A stretch of 48,550 nt of DNA. It comes from Christensenellales bacterium. GTDB lineage: Bacteria; Bacillota; Clostridia; Christensenellales; UBA1242. Under the pieces are notes generated by a model that was given only the letters and a program-made list of their open reading frames with translations, was not told the origin of the DNA and ran no database searches. Positions within the stretch are counted from its first letter, which is position 1, and each line of letters begins with the position of its first letter. The translations under genes and the position numbers were made by a program. Shown one piece after another: positions 7,369 to 16,312 of this stretch. The DNA lies in contig JBMNOM010000001.1 in assembly GCA_050943075.1 (NCBI GenBank), positions 1 to 48,550 of the forward strand, written 5' to 3'.

Positions 7369-8664
7369 ATGAAAATTAAAATTGAAAGATTGGGAATTAA
7401 TGGCGAAGGAATTGCAAGCCTTAATGACGGCAAAATTGGATTTGTTGAATACGCTTTGCCTGGCGAAGTTATTGAAGGCACAATTTACCAAAACAAAGCA
7501 AAATTTTGTAGGGTTAAATTAGAAAGTGTGGAAAAGCCTTCCAAGCACAGAGTGGCTGCTCCATGCCCTTATTTTGGCGTTTGCGGTGGTTGTGATGTGC
7601 AACACATGTATTTTTCTTACCAACTTGAATTTAAAAAACTTAAAGTGCAAGACTGCCTTAAAAAGATTGCAAAAATTGACTTTGATATTAAAGAAATTAT
7701 TAGCGCAAACAGTTATAATTACAGAAACAAAGTTGTTTTTCCAGTTAGGTTTCAAGACGGAAAAACTGTTATTGGCTTATTTAAAAAACAAAGCCACCAA
7801 GTTGTTGAGATTGAAAATTGCTTGATTGCAGACAACAAAATTGTTGAAGCTTTTAAAATTATTAAAAACTATTTGCTTAATTCAAACCTTGTTGGGTTTA
7901 ATGAAAAAACTTTGAAAGGCGATGTTAAATATTTTGTTTTACGTCATATTAGCAATCAAATTTTGTTAACACTTGTTTGCACAAGAAAAATTAATTTTGA
8001 CAACCTTTATGCCATTTTAAAAAGCAATTTTGATGCTGTTGGCTTGTCAATTGTTGTTAGTGACAACAAAGATATTATGTCGGGAAAATATGTGCACATT
8101 GCTGGAATTGAAGCAATTGAACTTGAAGAGTTTGGGATTAAATATTCCATTGATAACAGAGGTTTTTTGCAAGTTAACAATGAAATTAAAACTTTACTTT
8201 ACAAAAGTGTTCTGGAGCAAATTGAAAACAATGATATTGTGATTGACGCATACAGCGGCGCGGGGCTTATGTCTGCTATAATTTCAAAAAAATGCAAAAC
8301 AGTGAGTGCAATTGAAATTAACAAAAGTGCGTGTGAAAGCGCAAAAAACTTGGTTGAAAGAAACAACATTAACAACTTAACAATTTACTGCGCAGATGTT
8401 AAGGAGAAACTTGGTGAATGCATTGAAAAAACAAGCAATCCAGTTGTTATTTTGGACCCACCGCGAGCGGGCTGTGAAAAAGAAGTTTTGCAAATTATTG
8501 AAAACAAAGCAAAGAAAATTGTTTACATTTCATGCGATCCAGCCACTCTTGCAAGAGATTTAAGTTTTTTTAAAACTTATTATAAAATTGACAAAATCAC
8601 CTTGTTTGAAATGTTCCCTCAAACAAGCCATGTTGAAACTTTGGTTGTATTATCGCGCTTGTAA
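7369..8664 (+). CDS. 23S rRNA (uracil-C5)-methyltransferase, RumA/RlmCD (TrmA) family
   Basis: 431 aa with an N-terminal TRAM-like segment, the Fe-S Cys cluster CPYFGVCGGCDVQH, SAM motifs DAYSGAGL and LDPPRAGC, and the catalytic-Cys block YISCDPATLARD. Confidence 0.85.
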   Translation: MKIKIERLGINGEGIASLNDGKIGFVEYALPGEVIEGTIYQNKAKFCRVKLESVEKPSKHRVAAPCPYFGVCGGCDVQHMYFSYQLEFKKLKVQDCLKKIAKIDFDIKEIISANSYNYRNKVVFPVRFQDGKTVIGLFKKQSHQVVEIENCLIADNKIVEAFKIIKNYLLNSNLVGFNEKTLKGDVKYFVLRHISNQILLTLVCTRKINFDNLYAILKSNFDAVGLSIVVSDNKDIMSGKYVHIAGIEAIELEEFGIKYSIDNRGFLQVNNEIKTLLYKSVLEQIENNDIVIDAYSGAGLMSAIISKKCKTVSAIEINKSACESAKNLVERNNINNLTIYCADVKEKLGECIEKTSNPVVILDPPRAGCEKEVLQIIENKAKKIVYISCDPATLARDLSFFKTYYKIDKITLFEMFPQTSHVETLVVLSRL

Positions 8665-8890
8665 TTTAATGATTAACCCACTGAGAAATATTTGATTTTA
8701 AGCAAAAAATGAGGTCTAAAACATACGCGCAAAACTATTCCCATGTCAAAAAACTTAAATTTAAGCGGAAGAACAAAATAAAAAGCAAGTTAATTAAAAG
8801 CTTGATTAAGCAAGAAAACTTGAATTAAATTTTTAAGGTTTGCTGTATTTATATTTCTTTTTTTAATTTATAAAAAAAACACCAGAAATT

Positions 8891-8926
8891 AAAAAAAGGC
8901 CACACAAATTTTGTGTGGCTTTTTTA
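8891..8926. terminator. Bidirectional Rho-independent terminator between convergent genes
   Basis: Stem gccacac/gtgtggc (8899-8905 with 8913-8919), flanked by A7 and T6. Confidence 0.8.
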
Positions 8927-8936
8927 AACTTTAAAA

Positions 8937-10385
8937 CTAATTCACATAATTTATTATTGTTTTGTATAATTCAAGATTGTAAATGTCTGTTATTTCAATT
9001 AAAGTTGCAATTGAATCATCTTCATTTGTTGCCGCCGCAAATTGCATAAAGGCATTTTGTTTCACCCAGTAATTGTTTTCATATTCAGCTGTTCCGCTAA
9101 AATAGTTCCCAATAATACCGCCAGTAAGCTCTGCTTGTTGGCAAATTGCCATTGAAATGCTGTTTTTAATGTTTCCATTTGAAGTTGCAGCAATTCCGCC
9201 ATTTGAAGAAATGTAATTGTTTGGGTTTTGTTCTGTTATTGCAATTATTGTGTTTTCAAAACTTAAGCAATTTTCAATGTATCCAAAACCAAAACCAGAA
9301 ATTCCGCCTGCATAAGCAGAAGCAGTTTGAGAGTGGCTTTTTATGTCACCATCGTTAATGCTGAATTTAACCAATGTGTTTGTTTGTGCTTGCCCAACAA
9401 TGCCTCCGCCACTTATTGTGTCTAGCCCAGTTAAATTGACATTGCCTTTATTAATTGTGCCATCCACAAGTGCGTTTGATAGTAAATGACCAACAATTCC
9501 ACCCGCCCAAACTCTGCTGTTTGTGGAGTGTGCTGTAATCAACCCAAAGTTTTTTGATTTGTAAATTATACCTTTGCTCTCGTATGAAATTCCGCCTGCC
9601 ATTAACACCCAGTTAAGCCTTTCATTTGTCACAGATAAATTAGCTTTATTGATGCAATTTTTAATTAAACCATTTTGGTCATTAAAGCCACAAATTCCGC
9701 CAACATCTTGATTAACTGCAGTTAAATTAACAAAATTTTTGCCATCTTCAACCCTGCCACTGTTAAAACCAACAATGCCGCCAATGAAGTGCGTTGATTC
9801 AATGTTTAAAGATGAGAATGTGATTTCATTTAAAGCTTTGTTTAAAGAACTTATTTTTACATCTTTGACAATATTATTGTTTTCGCCCACCAATAAGCCA
9901 AAATGTGTGTTTTCAGAGTCAAAAGTTATGTTTATGTTTGTGATAAACAAATCAATATGTTTTATAATTCCAAAATTTTCTTGCGCCACAAAACCAAAAT
10001 TGCTTGTTGAAACAATTGAATCATAATTAACTTTAATATTACCATTTTTAATTACGGCATTTTGGTTTACATGGTTGAAAATTGGTTTGTTTGTTGTTAT
10101 TGTGCGTCCATTTAAGTTGAAATGAGAAGAAAATGAAGAAATTGTTTGTGCTGCAGTGAAATCAATGTTTCGCATAAGTTTTATGTAAGCATTTTCCTTT
10201 TGAAGCGCCCTGTCAAAATCATCAACTGTGTAAATTTTGTAGGGGTTTTGCTGCGTTCCAGTGCCATATTTAAACTCATCAGTTGTGGCAAAAAAAACAA
10301 CTGATGCCATTGCCAAAACAGCACCCACCAATGAAACAACAAATTTCCAATTTGAAAAACTGAAAAATTTATTTCTTTTTATCAT
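8937..10385 (-). CDS. Membrane-anchored GLUG-motif repeat protein (single-module paralogue of the giant proteins)
   Basis: 482 aa with SD AAGGAAG upstream. An N-terminal hydrophobic helix (FVVSLVGAVLAMASVVFFA) is followed by the cap NPYKIYTVDDFDRAL. About 8 repeats follow, such as GGIVGFNSGRV, GGICGFNDQNGLIKNC, GGIVGHLL, GGIVGQAQ, GGISGFGFGYIENC and GGIIGNYFSG. Confidence 0.8.
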   Translation of the reverse strand: MIKRNKFFSFSNWKFVVSLVGAVLAMASVVFFATTDEFKYGTGTQQNPYKIYTVDDFDRALQKENAYIKLMRNIDFTAAQTISSFSSHFNLNGRTITTNKPIFNHVNQNAVIKNGNIKVNYDSIVSTSNFGFVAQENFGIIKHIDLFITNINITFDSENTHFGLLVGENNNIVKDVKISSLNKALNEITFSSLNIESTHFIGGIVGFNSGRVEDGKNFVNLTAVNQDVGGICGFNDQNGLIKNCINKANLSVTNERLNWVLMAGGISYESKGIIYKSKNFGLITAHSTNSRVWAGGIVGHLLSNALVDGTINKGNVNLTGLDTISGGGIVGQAQTNTLVKFSINDGDIKSHSQTASAYAGGISGFGFGYIENCLSFENTIIAITEQNPNNYISSNGGIAATSNGNIKNSISMAICQQAELTGGIIGNYFSGTAEYENNYWVKQNAFMQFAAATNEDDSIATLIEITDIYNLELYKTIINYVN

Positions 10386-10496
10386 TCAAACTTCCTTTTT
10401 CCTTATTTATATATTTAATTCTTTGTTAATTATATAACACATTAAAATTAATTTGTTAAATGAATAACAGCAAATTTGCAAACAAATTTTAATTAA

Positions 10497-11288
10497 TTAT
10501 TTTAATTGTTTAAACGCTTGCTCGATTACATTTTGCAAATCCGGCTTGAAATTTGTGTTTTCGCAACTTAATAAAAGCAAATATTCAACATTGCCATCTC
10601 CACCAACAATTGGTGAATGCGTGAGATTATTAACATAAAAATTGTGTTCGTTCCATTTTTTAATCACTTCATAAAGCACATCATAATGCACTTTTTTGTT
10701 GTTTATTATGCCTTTAAATTTTTTGGCAATGATCGCTCCACACTCAAACTGTGGTTTAACCAAACTGATGATTTGAACATTTTTGTTTTGATAGGTTTGT
10801 TTTAATTTTTCCATCAATAACTTAGTTGAAATAAACGAAACGTCAATTACAATAATTTGAGCGTCCTCAATAATTTGTGGGGCAATGTTTCTAAAATCTG
10901 TTTGCTCGTAAAGAGCAACTTTTTTGTTTTCTTTAATTTTTTTGTGAAGTTGGTCTTTGCCAACATCAATGCAAACAATTTTGCCAACATTTCTTTGCAA
11001 AAGCACATCGGAAAAGCCGCCTGTGGATGAACCAATGTCAACTGCATTTTTGCCCTCCACATCCACGCCAAAAAAATCAAGTGCTTTTTCAAGTTTATAT
11101 GCGCCCCTTGAAACATATTTGGTCACTTCGCCTTGAATTGTGATTTGGTCGGCTGGATTACAAAGAAATGACGCTTTTTTTACAACATTGCCATTAACCA
11201 AAATAACACCATCTTTAATTGCTTTTTGCGCTTTTTCTCTGCTTTCAAAAAAACCTTTGGTTTTTAAAAAGTTGTCAAGCCTTTCCAA
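10497..11288 (-). CDS. tlyA: TlyA-family rRNA 2'-O-methyltransferase (S4-like + FtsJ-like domains)
   Basis: 263 aa. TTG start at 11288 with GGAGG 6 nt upstream. The sequence contains RLDNFL.., KYVSRGAYKLEKAL and DIGSSTGGFSDVLLQ. Confidence 0.85.
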   Translation of the reverse strand: MERLDNFLKTKGFFESREKAQKAIKDGVILVNGNVVKKASFLCNPADQITIQGEVTKYVSRGAYKLEKALDFFGVDVEGKNAVDIGSSTGGFSDVLLQRNVGKIVCIDVGKDQLHKKIKENKKVALYEQTDFRNIAPQIIEDAQIIVIDVSFISTKLLMEKLKQTYQNKNVQIISLVKPQFECGAIIAKKFKGIINNKKVHYDVLYEVIKKWNEHNFYVNNLTHSPIVGGDGNVEYLLLLSCENTNFKPDLQNVIEQAFKQLK

Positions 11289-11422
11289 TTTCGCCCTCCA
11301 AAATTGTTTTTTAATATGTTAATTATACCATAAAATGAAGATTTGTATTAAATTAAAATGTTTTTAATTTTAGCAAATTTGCAAATTTTGGTTTAATAAG
11401 ACACTTAATTTTTAACTTGGTA

Positions 11423-11451
11423 TTGCAATTGTGTTTGTTTTGTTTTATAAT
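11423..11451 (+). promoter_or_regulatory. Putative promoter of the 341-aa unknown gene
   Basis: TTGCAA (11423-11428), 17-nt spacer, TATAAT (11446-11451). SD AGGAGA lies upstream of GTG 11473. Confidence 0.5.
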
Positions 11452-11472
11452 TGTAACATAGGAGAATTGTAG

Positions 11473-12498
11473 GTGCTTTCATTTAACAAAGATGGCAGAA
11501 TTGAAGTGAAATACACTGATATTGCAGACACTTTTAAAGAAACTTCTAGGTTTAACTACACTGGCGGCAAGCTTAACTTTTTGTTTGAGTTTGGTGGCAA
11601 AGTTTTTTATTTTAAAGCCAACGGGCTTTACACTGAAGACCAAAAAGAAGTGCTTGCAACCATTGCTGGAAAACCACTTAACACAAAAATTAGCAAACCT
11701 TTACTTGCAACTTTCACAGACAAAGACGGCGCGGTTTTCGATGGCATTCTTTCCCCTGATTTTGTTAAAGACAGAAAAAACACAGAAGTTGTTCCCTACA
11801 CCAAAATTATTACAGACCACAACAAAGTTTATGTTATTCAAAGCGTGGAATACATAATGAGCGCTGTTAAAGAATTTGCGAAAAACAATAAATTGACAAT
11901 TGACGCTAATCTTGTTAACGATTTGAAACTGCTTGCCTTTTACAACTTTGCAATTGGCCAACAAGATTTTAATTCATCTAACATTGAATTTGCAATTACA
12001 ACTGATGAAAATGGCGTTAAAACAATTTCCTTGTTGCCTACGTTTGACAAAAGCATTAGCCTTTTTAACAAAGTTGATGGCGCGCTTGGAATTATGTATA
12101 TTTCCAACGTGCTTGTTGAAAAAAGACCAGAACTTGCTGTTAATGACTTATACTATTTTATGACACTTTCAAGAGAAGAACATGACCACGGCCAACATTA
12201 CAGAATTTTACATGAACTTGCTTTTGAAATTGGAAAAAACCCTGTTTTGGAAAAAGCATTTATCGCTTACGCAAATTTTGATTTTGAAAAAGAAATTGGA
12301 AAATTTGAAAACACAACTGGTTTTAAATTTGCAGACAAACACAAAAAACGCGCAATTATCTTCTTTAACACAAACAAAAAAATGTTAACTGCAACTGTTT
12401 TAAGACATAATCCAAGAATTAAAGCTGCTTTTGATAAAACAAAAACTAATGATAATTTGATTGAAGACAACACAATTCAAAATGAAGTAGGCTTTTAA
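11473..12498 (+). CDS. Hypothetical protein; possible atypical kinase-fold (HipA/APH-like catalytic-loop pattern)
   Basis: 341-aa ORF with GTG start, a good SD, its own promoter and its own terminator. I recognised no family with certainty. The motif QQDFNSSN (D-x4-N) is followed 27 residues later by LLPTFDKS. Confidence 0.7.
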   Translation: MLSFNKDGRIEVKYTDIADTFKETSRFNYTGGKLNFLFEFGGKVFYFKANGLYTEDQKEVLATIAGKPLNTKISKPLLATFTDKDGAVFDGILSPDFVKDRKNTEVVPYTKIITDHNKVYVIQSVEYIMSAVKEFAKNNKLTIDANLVNDLKLLAFYNFAIGQQDFNSSNIEFAITTDENGVKTISLLPTFDKSISLFNKVDGALGIMYISNVLVEKRPELAVNDLYYFMTLSREEHDHGQHYRILHELAFEIGKNPVLEKAFIAYANFDFEKEIGKFENTTGFKFADKHKKRAIIFFNTNKKMLTATVLRHNPRIKAAFDKTKTNDNLIEDNTIQNEVGF

Positions 12499-12514
12499 TC
12501 GCTTAAAAAATTAA

Positions 12515-12552
12515 AACAAAAACAACTTGGTTGATTCCAAGTTGTTTTTTTG
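12515..12552 (+). terminator. Rho-independent terminator after the 341-aa gene
   Basis: 10-bp stem aacaacttgg/ccaagttgtt (12521-12530 with 12537-12546), 6-nt loop, T7. Confidence 0.75.
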
Positions 12553-12703
12553 TGTTAAACATTTTGTTTTTGTTTTGCAATATTGCTTTTAATTTTTCAA
12601 ATTTTAATTTACATTTACTAACTTTGTTATTTTAAATTTTAACTTAAAATAATTAATTTTTTTAATAATTTAATAAAAAACATATAAAAAACGCTTAAAA
12701 ACA

Positions 12704-12737
12704 TAAAAAAAAGTGAATTTTACTTCACTTTTTTTAA
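12704..12737 (-). terminator. Rho-independent terminator of rpoC
   Basis: Stem aagtgaa/ttcactt (12711-12717 with 12724-12730), extended by A:T pairs. The minus-strand transcript ends in a T-run. Confidence 0.65.
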
Positions 12738-12764
12738 ATTTTATTTTTTAATCATTTTTATTGA

Positions 12765-15700
12765 TTATGCGTTATCTGCATTTTTAAGTTCAACTTCCAC
12801 AGGCATAATTGCTCTGTATTTTTTGAGCCCTGTTCCTGCTGGGATGAGTTTACCAATGATGATGTTTTCTTTAAGACCAGTTAAGTTGTCTGTTTTACCT
12901 TTGATTGCTGCATCTGTTAAAACTCTTGAGGTTTCTTGGAATGATGCTGCTGAAAGGAATGATTCTGTGCTTAATGACGCTTTTGTAATTCCCAAGAGAA
13001 TTCTCTTTGCCATTGCAGGAACTTTTCCTTCTTGCAAAATTCTTTCGTTTTCAGCTTCATAAACCATGATGTCACAAATTTCGCCTGGAAGCAAGTTTGT
13101 GTCGCCTGAACTTTCAACTTTAACTTTCTTAAGCATTTGACGAATGATAACTTCAATGTGTTTGTCGTTAATTTTAACGTCTTGTGCTCTATAAACTGAG
13201 ATAACTTCTTTAAGAAGATAGTCTTGAAGACCACGCACACCTTTAATTCTTAAGAGTTCTGAAGGGTTGATTGAACCATCTGTAATTTGTGTGCCAGGTT
13301 CAACTGTATCGCCTGTTTTAACTTTTAAGAAAGCAGGTTTTTTAATTGATAATTCAACTGGGTCGTTGTCTGTTAAAATTGTCACAACAAATTCTTTTGC
13401 TTCTTCTTTAACTTTAACTGTTCCAGCAACTTCTGAAATGATTGCTTCACCTTTTGGTCTTCTTGCTTCAAAAATTTCTTCAACACGAGGAAGACCTTTT
13501 GTGATATCGGCAGCAACCGCCACACCACCAGTGTGGAAAGTTCTCATTGTAAGCTGTGTACCTGGTTCACCAATACTTTGAGCGGCAATAACACCAACTG
13601 CTTCACCAACTGGAACAACATCTTTGCCTGCCATGTTTCTGCCATAACATTTAGCACAAACACCGCTTTTTGCACGGCAAGTTAAAAGTGTTCTAATTGC
13701 AACTGTTTTAATCCCAGCAGCTGTAATTTGTTTTGCTTGCACTGGGGAAATCATTGTGTTTGCTTCAACAATGGTTTCTTTTGTTTTTGGATCGATAACT
13801 TTGTCAACTGCAAATCTGCCAACAATTCTTTCTTCAAGTGTTTCAATTACAGAGCCGTCAATAACAAGATCTGAAATAAATGCACCTTTAACTTTTTCCC
13901 CTCTTGTTTCAAAGCAGTCTTCTTCGTTTACAACAACTTCGTGTGAGATGTCAACAAGTCTTCTTGTTAAATAACCTGAGTCAGCTGTTTTAAGCGCTGT
14001 ATCTGCAAGACCTTTTCTGCCACCACGAGATGACAAGAAGTATTCAAGTGGAGTAAGACCTTTAGAGAAGTTTGATCTAACAGGAATATCAACTTTTTGG
14101 CCTGATGTGTTGCTCATAATACCACGCATTCCCGCAATACTATTTAATTGCACCGCATTACCTCTGGCTTGTGATGAAATCATCATCTTAATTGGGTTTG
14201 CATCTTCCAAGTGTTCAAACACTAAGTCTTGCACTTGTTTTGTTGCAGCATTCCAAAGTTGAATGTTCGCTGTTAATTTTTCGTCGTTTGTAATGAGCCC
14301 TCTTTGAAGAAGTTTTTCGTTTTCCATAACTTTTTCTTCAGTTGCTTTCAACACTACTTGTTTCTTTGGTGGCTCAGCCATATCGAATGCGTTAATTGTG
14401 ATAACGCCAAGTGTTGAATATTTATAACCAAGTTCTTTAAGTTTGTCAACCACGATGGCGCACTCTGTTGTGCCGTGTTTGTCAAATGTTAAACTTGTAA
14501 TTTTCTTAAGTTCGCTTTTTTTAACTGGCATGTTAATTTCAAGATCTAACATATTTTCTGGTTTTGATCTGTCTGTGAAACCAAGGTCTTGTGGGAAAGC
14601 TTTATTGAAAATAATTCTTCCAAGAGTTGTTTGCAAGCGTTTTGAATACACTTTGCCATCAATTTCTTTTTCAACTCTAACCATAATTTCAGCTTGAAGA
14701 TCAAGTTCGCCAGTTTGGTATGCAATCATTGCTTCTTGTTCATTTGCGTAAATGCTTCCTGCACCAAGAGCATCTTTTTTGGACATTGTTAAATAATAAC
14801 ATCCAATAACGATATCTTGCGCTGGTGTAATGATTGGTTCACCATCAGACAACTTCAAAATGTTGTTGCTTGCAAGCATTAATGTTCTTGCTTCTGTTCT
14901 TGCATCAATGCTAAGCGGAATATGGATTGGCATTTGGTCACCGTCGAAGTCAGCGTTAAAGCCCGCACACACAGATGGGTGAAGTTTAATTGCCTTACCT
15001 TCAACAAGCACTGGTTCAAACGCTTGCACAGAAAGTCTGTGAAGTGTTGGAGCACGGTTTAAAAGCACTGGGTGATCTTTAATCACTTCTGCCAAAACGT
15101 CCCAAACAATTGGTTTTTCTCTTTCAATTAAACGTTTTGCACTTTTAATGTTGTGTGATTGGTTAAGTTCCACAAGGCGTTTAATAATGAAAGGTTTGAA
15201 GAGTTCAAGCGCCATTTCTTTTGGCACACCGCATTGGTAGATTTTTAGTTCTGGACCAACAACGATAACTGAACGGCCTGAATAGTCAACTCTTTTACCA
15301 AGCAAGTTTTGACGGAATCTACCTTGTTTACCAACAAGCATTGCTGTTAATGATTTCAAATCTCTTGCTTTTGAGCCTTGAACAGCTTTACCTCTTTTAC
15401 CATTATCAATTAAAGCATCAACTGCTTCTTGAAGCATTCGCTTTTCGTTTCTAATGATAACATCAGGTGCTCCAAGTTCGATAAGTTTTTTAAGGCGGTT
15501 ATTTCTATTAATAACTCTTCTGTATAAGTCGTTTAAGTCGCTTGTTGCAAATCTGCCACCATCAAGTTGCACCATTGGACGTAATTCTGGTGGTAAAACT
15601 GGAATAACGTCAAGCACCATCCATTCTGGTTTGTTTTTGCTGATTAAGAACGCTTCAACAACGTCAAGTTTTTTAATTGCTTTAACTCTCTTTTGACCTT

Positions 15701-16298
15701 TTGCGGTTAAAAGTTGTTCTTTAAGCTCTTTGCTTTCTTTTTCCAAGTCAACTTGTGAAAGCAATTTTTTCATAGCTTCAGCACCCATGCCAGCAACAAA
15801 GCTGTTTGGACCAAATTTTTCAATTGCTTCACGATATTCTTTATCTGTAATAATTTGTTTATACACAAAATCTGTGTTTTTTGGATCAATCACGATGTAG
15901 TTAACATAATACACAACTTGTTCAAGAATTTTTGGGCTGATGTCAAGCAATGTTCCAATTCTTGAAGGAATGCTTCTTAAGAACCAAATATGTGTGACTG
16001 AAGCAGCAAGTTCAATGTGTCCCATTCTTTCTCTTCTAACCTTGCTTACTGTCACTTCAACGCCACATTTGTCACAAATCACACCTTTATATCTGATGCG
16101 TTTGTATTTTCCACAATGACATTCCCAGTTTTTTCTTGGCCCGAAAATTCTTTCACAGAAAAGCCCGTCTTTTTCAGGCTTTTGTGTTCTGTAATTGATT
16201 GTTTCTGGTTTTGTGACTTCACCATGAGACCATTCTCTTATTTTTTCTGGTGATGCGATTCCAATTTTTATGGAATCAAAATTGTTTAATTCAAACAT
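12765..16298 (-). CDS. rpoC: DNA-directed RNA polymerase subunit beta'
   Basis: 1177 aa with the zinc motif [15 protein letters not shown] and the catalytic NADFDGDQM. Beta' blocks are conserved throughout. SD GGAG lies upstream. Confidence 0.98.
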   Translation of the reverse strand: MFELNNFDSIKIGIASPEKIREWSHGEVTKPETINYRTQKPEKDGLFCERIFGPRKNWECHCGKYKRIRYKGVICDKCGVEVTVSKVRRERMGHIELAASVTHIWFLRSIPSRIGTLLDISPKILEQVVYYVNYIVIDPKNTDFVYKQIITDKEYREAIEKFGPNSFVAGMGAEAMKKLLSQVDLEKESKELKEQLLTAKGQKRVKAIKKLDVVEAFLISKNKPEWMVLDVIPVLPPELRPMVQLDGGRFATSDLNDLYRRVINRNNRLKKLIELGAPDVIIRNEKRMLQEAVDALIDNGKRGKAVQGSKARDLKSLTAMLVGKQGRFRQNLLGKRVDYSGRSVIVVGPELKIYQCGVPKEMALELFKPFIIKRLVELNQSHNIKSAKRLIEREKPIVWDVLAEVIKDHPVLLNRAPTLHRLSVQAFEPVLVEGKAIKLHPSVCAGFNADFDGDQMPIHIPLSIDARTEARTLMLASNNILKLSDGEPIITPAQDIVIGCYYLTMSKKDALGAGSIYANEQEAMIAYQTGELDLQAEIMVRVEKEIDGKVYSKRLQTTLGRIIFNKAFPQDLGFTDRSKPENMLDLEINMPVKKSELKKITSLTFDKHGTTECAIVVDKLKELGYKYSTLGVITINAFDMAEPPKKQVVLKATEEKVMENEKLLQRGLITNDEKLTANIQLWNAATKQVQDLVFEHLEDANPIKMMISSQARGNAVQLNSIAGMRGIMSNTSGQKVDIPVRSNFSKGLTPLEYFLSSRGGRKGLADTALKTADSGYLTRRLVDISHEVVVNEEDCFETRGEKVKGAFISDLVIDGSVIETLEERIVGRFAVDKVIDPKTKETIVEANTMISPVQAKQITAAGIKTVAIRTLLTCRAKSGVCAKCYGRNMAGKDVVPVGEAVGVIAAQSIGEPGTQLTMRTFHTGGVAVAADITKGLPRVEEIFEARRPKGEAIISEVAGTVKVKEEAKEFVVTILTDNDPVELSIKKPAFLKVKTGDTVEPGTQITDGSINPSELLRIKGVRGLQDYLLKEVISVYRAQDVKINDKHIEVIIRQMLKKVKVESSGDTNLLPGEICDIMVYEAENERILQEGKVPAMAKRILLGITKASLSTESFLSAASFQETSRVLTDAAIKGKTDNLTGLKENIIIGKLIPAGTGLKKYRAIMPVEVELKNADNA

Positions 16299-16312
16299 CT
16301 TGTTTGCTCCTA

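Noticed and set aside
7206-7481. 91-aa minus-strand ORF spanning the ugtP-rumA intergenic region and the start of the methyltransferase gene
   Set aside because: It overlaps the well-supported TRAM-domain N-terminus on the other strand, has no SD, and its translation has no recognisable features.
8709-8828. 39-codon very basic ORF (MRSKTYAQNYSHVKKLKFKRKNKIKSKLIKSLIKQENLN) between the methyltransferase gene and the terminator at 8891
   Set aside because: It has no SD and no promoter, and its composition is what AT-rich non-coding DNA gives by chance. It could only be supported by Ribo-seq or conservation data, which I do not have.
10386-10496. Palindrome gcaaatttgc (about 10472-10481) downstream of tlyA as a terminator or operator
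   Set aside because: It is only a 10-bp AT-rich self-complementary stretch. It gives at most a 3-4-bp stem and has no proper T-run, so it is too weak to call. tlyA and the 482-aa gene may simply be co-transcribed, or separated by an AT-rich promoter I cannot define confidently.
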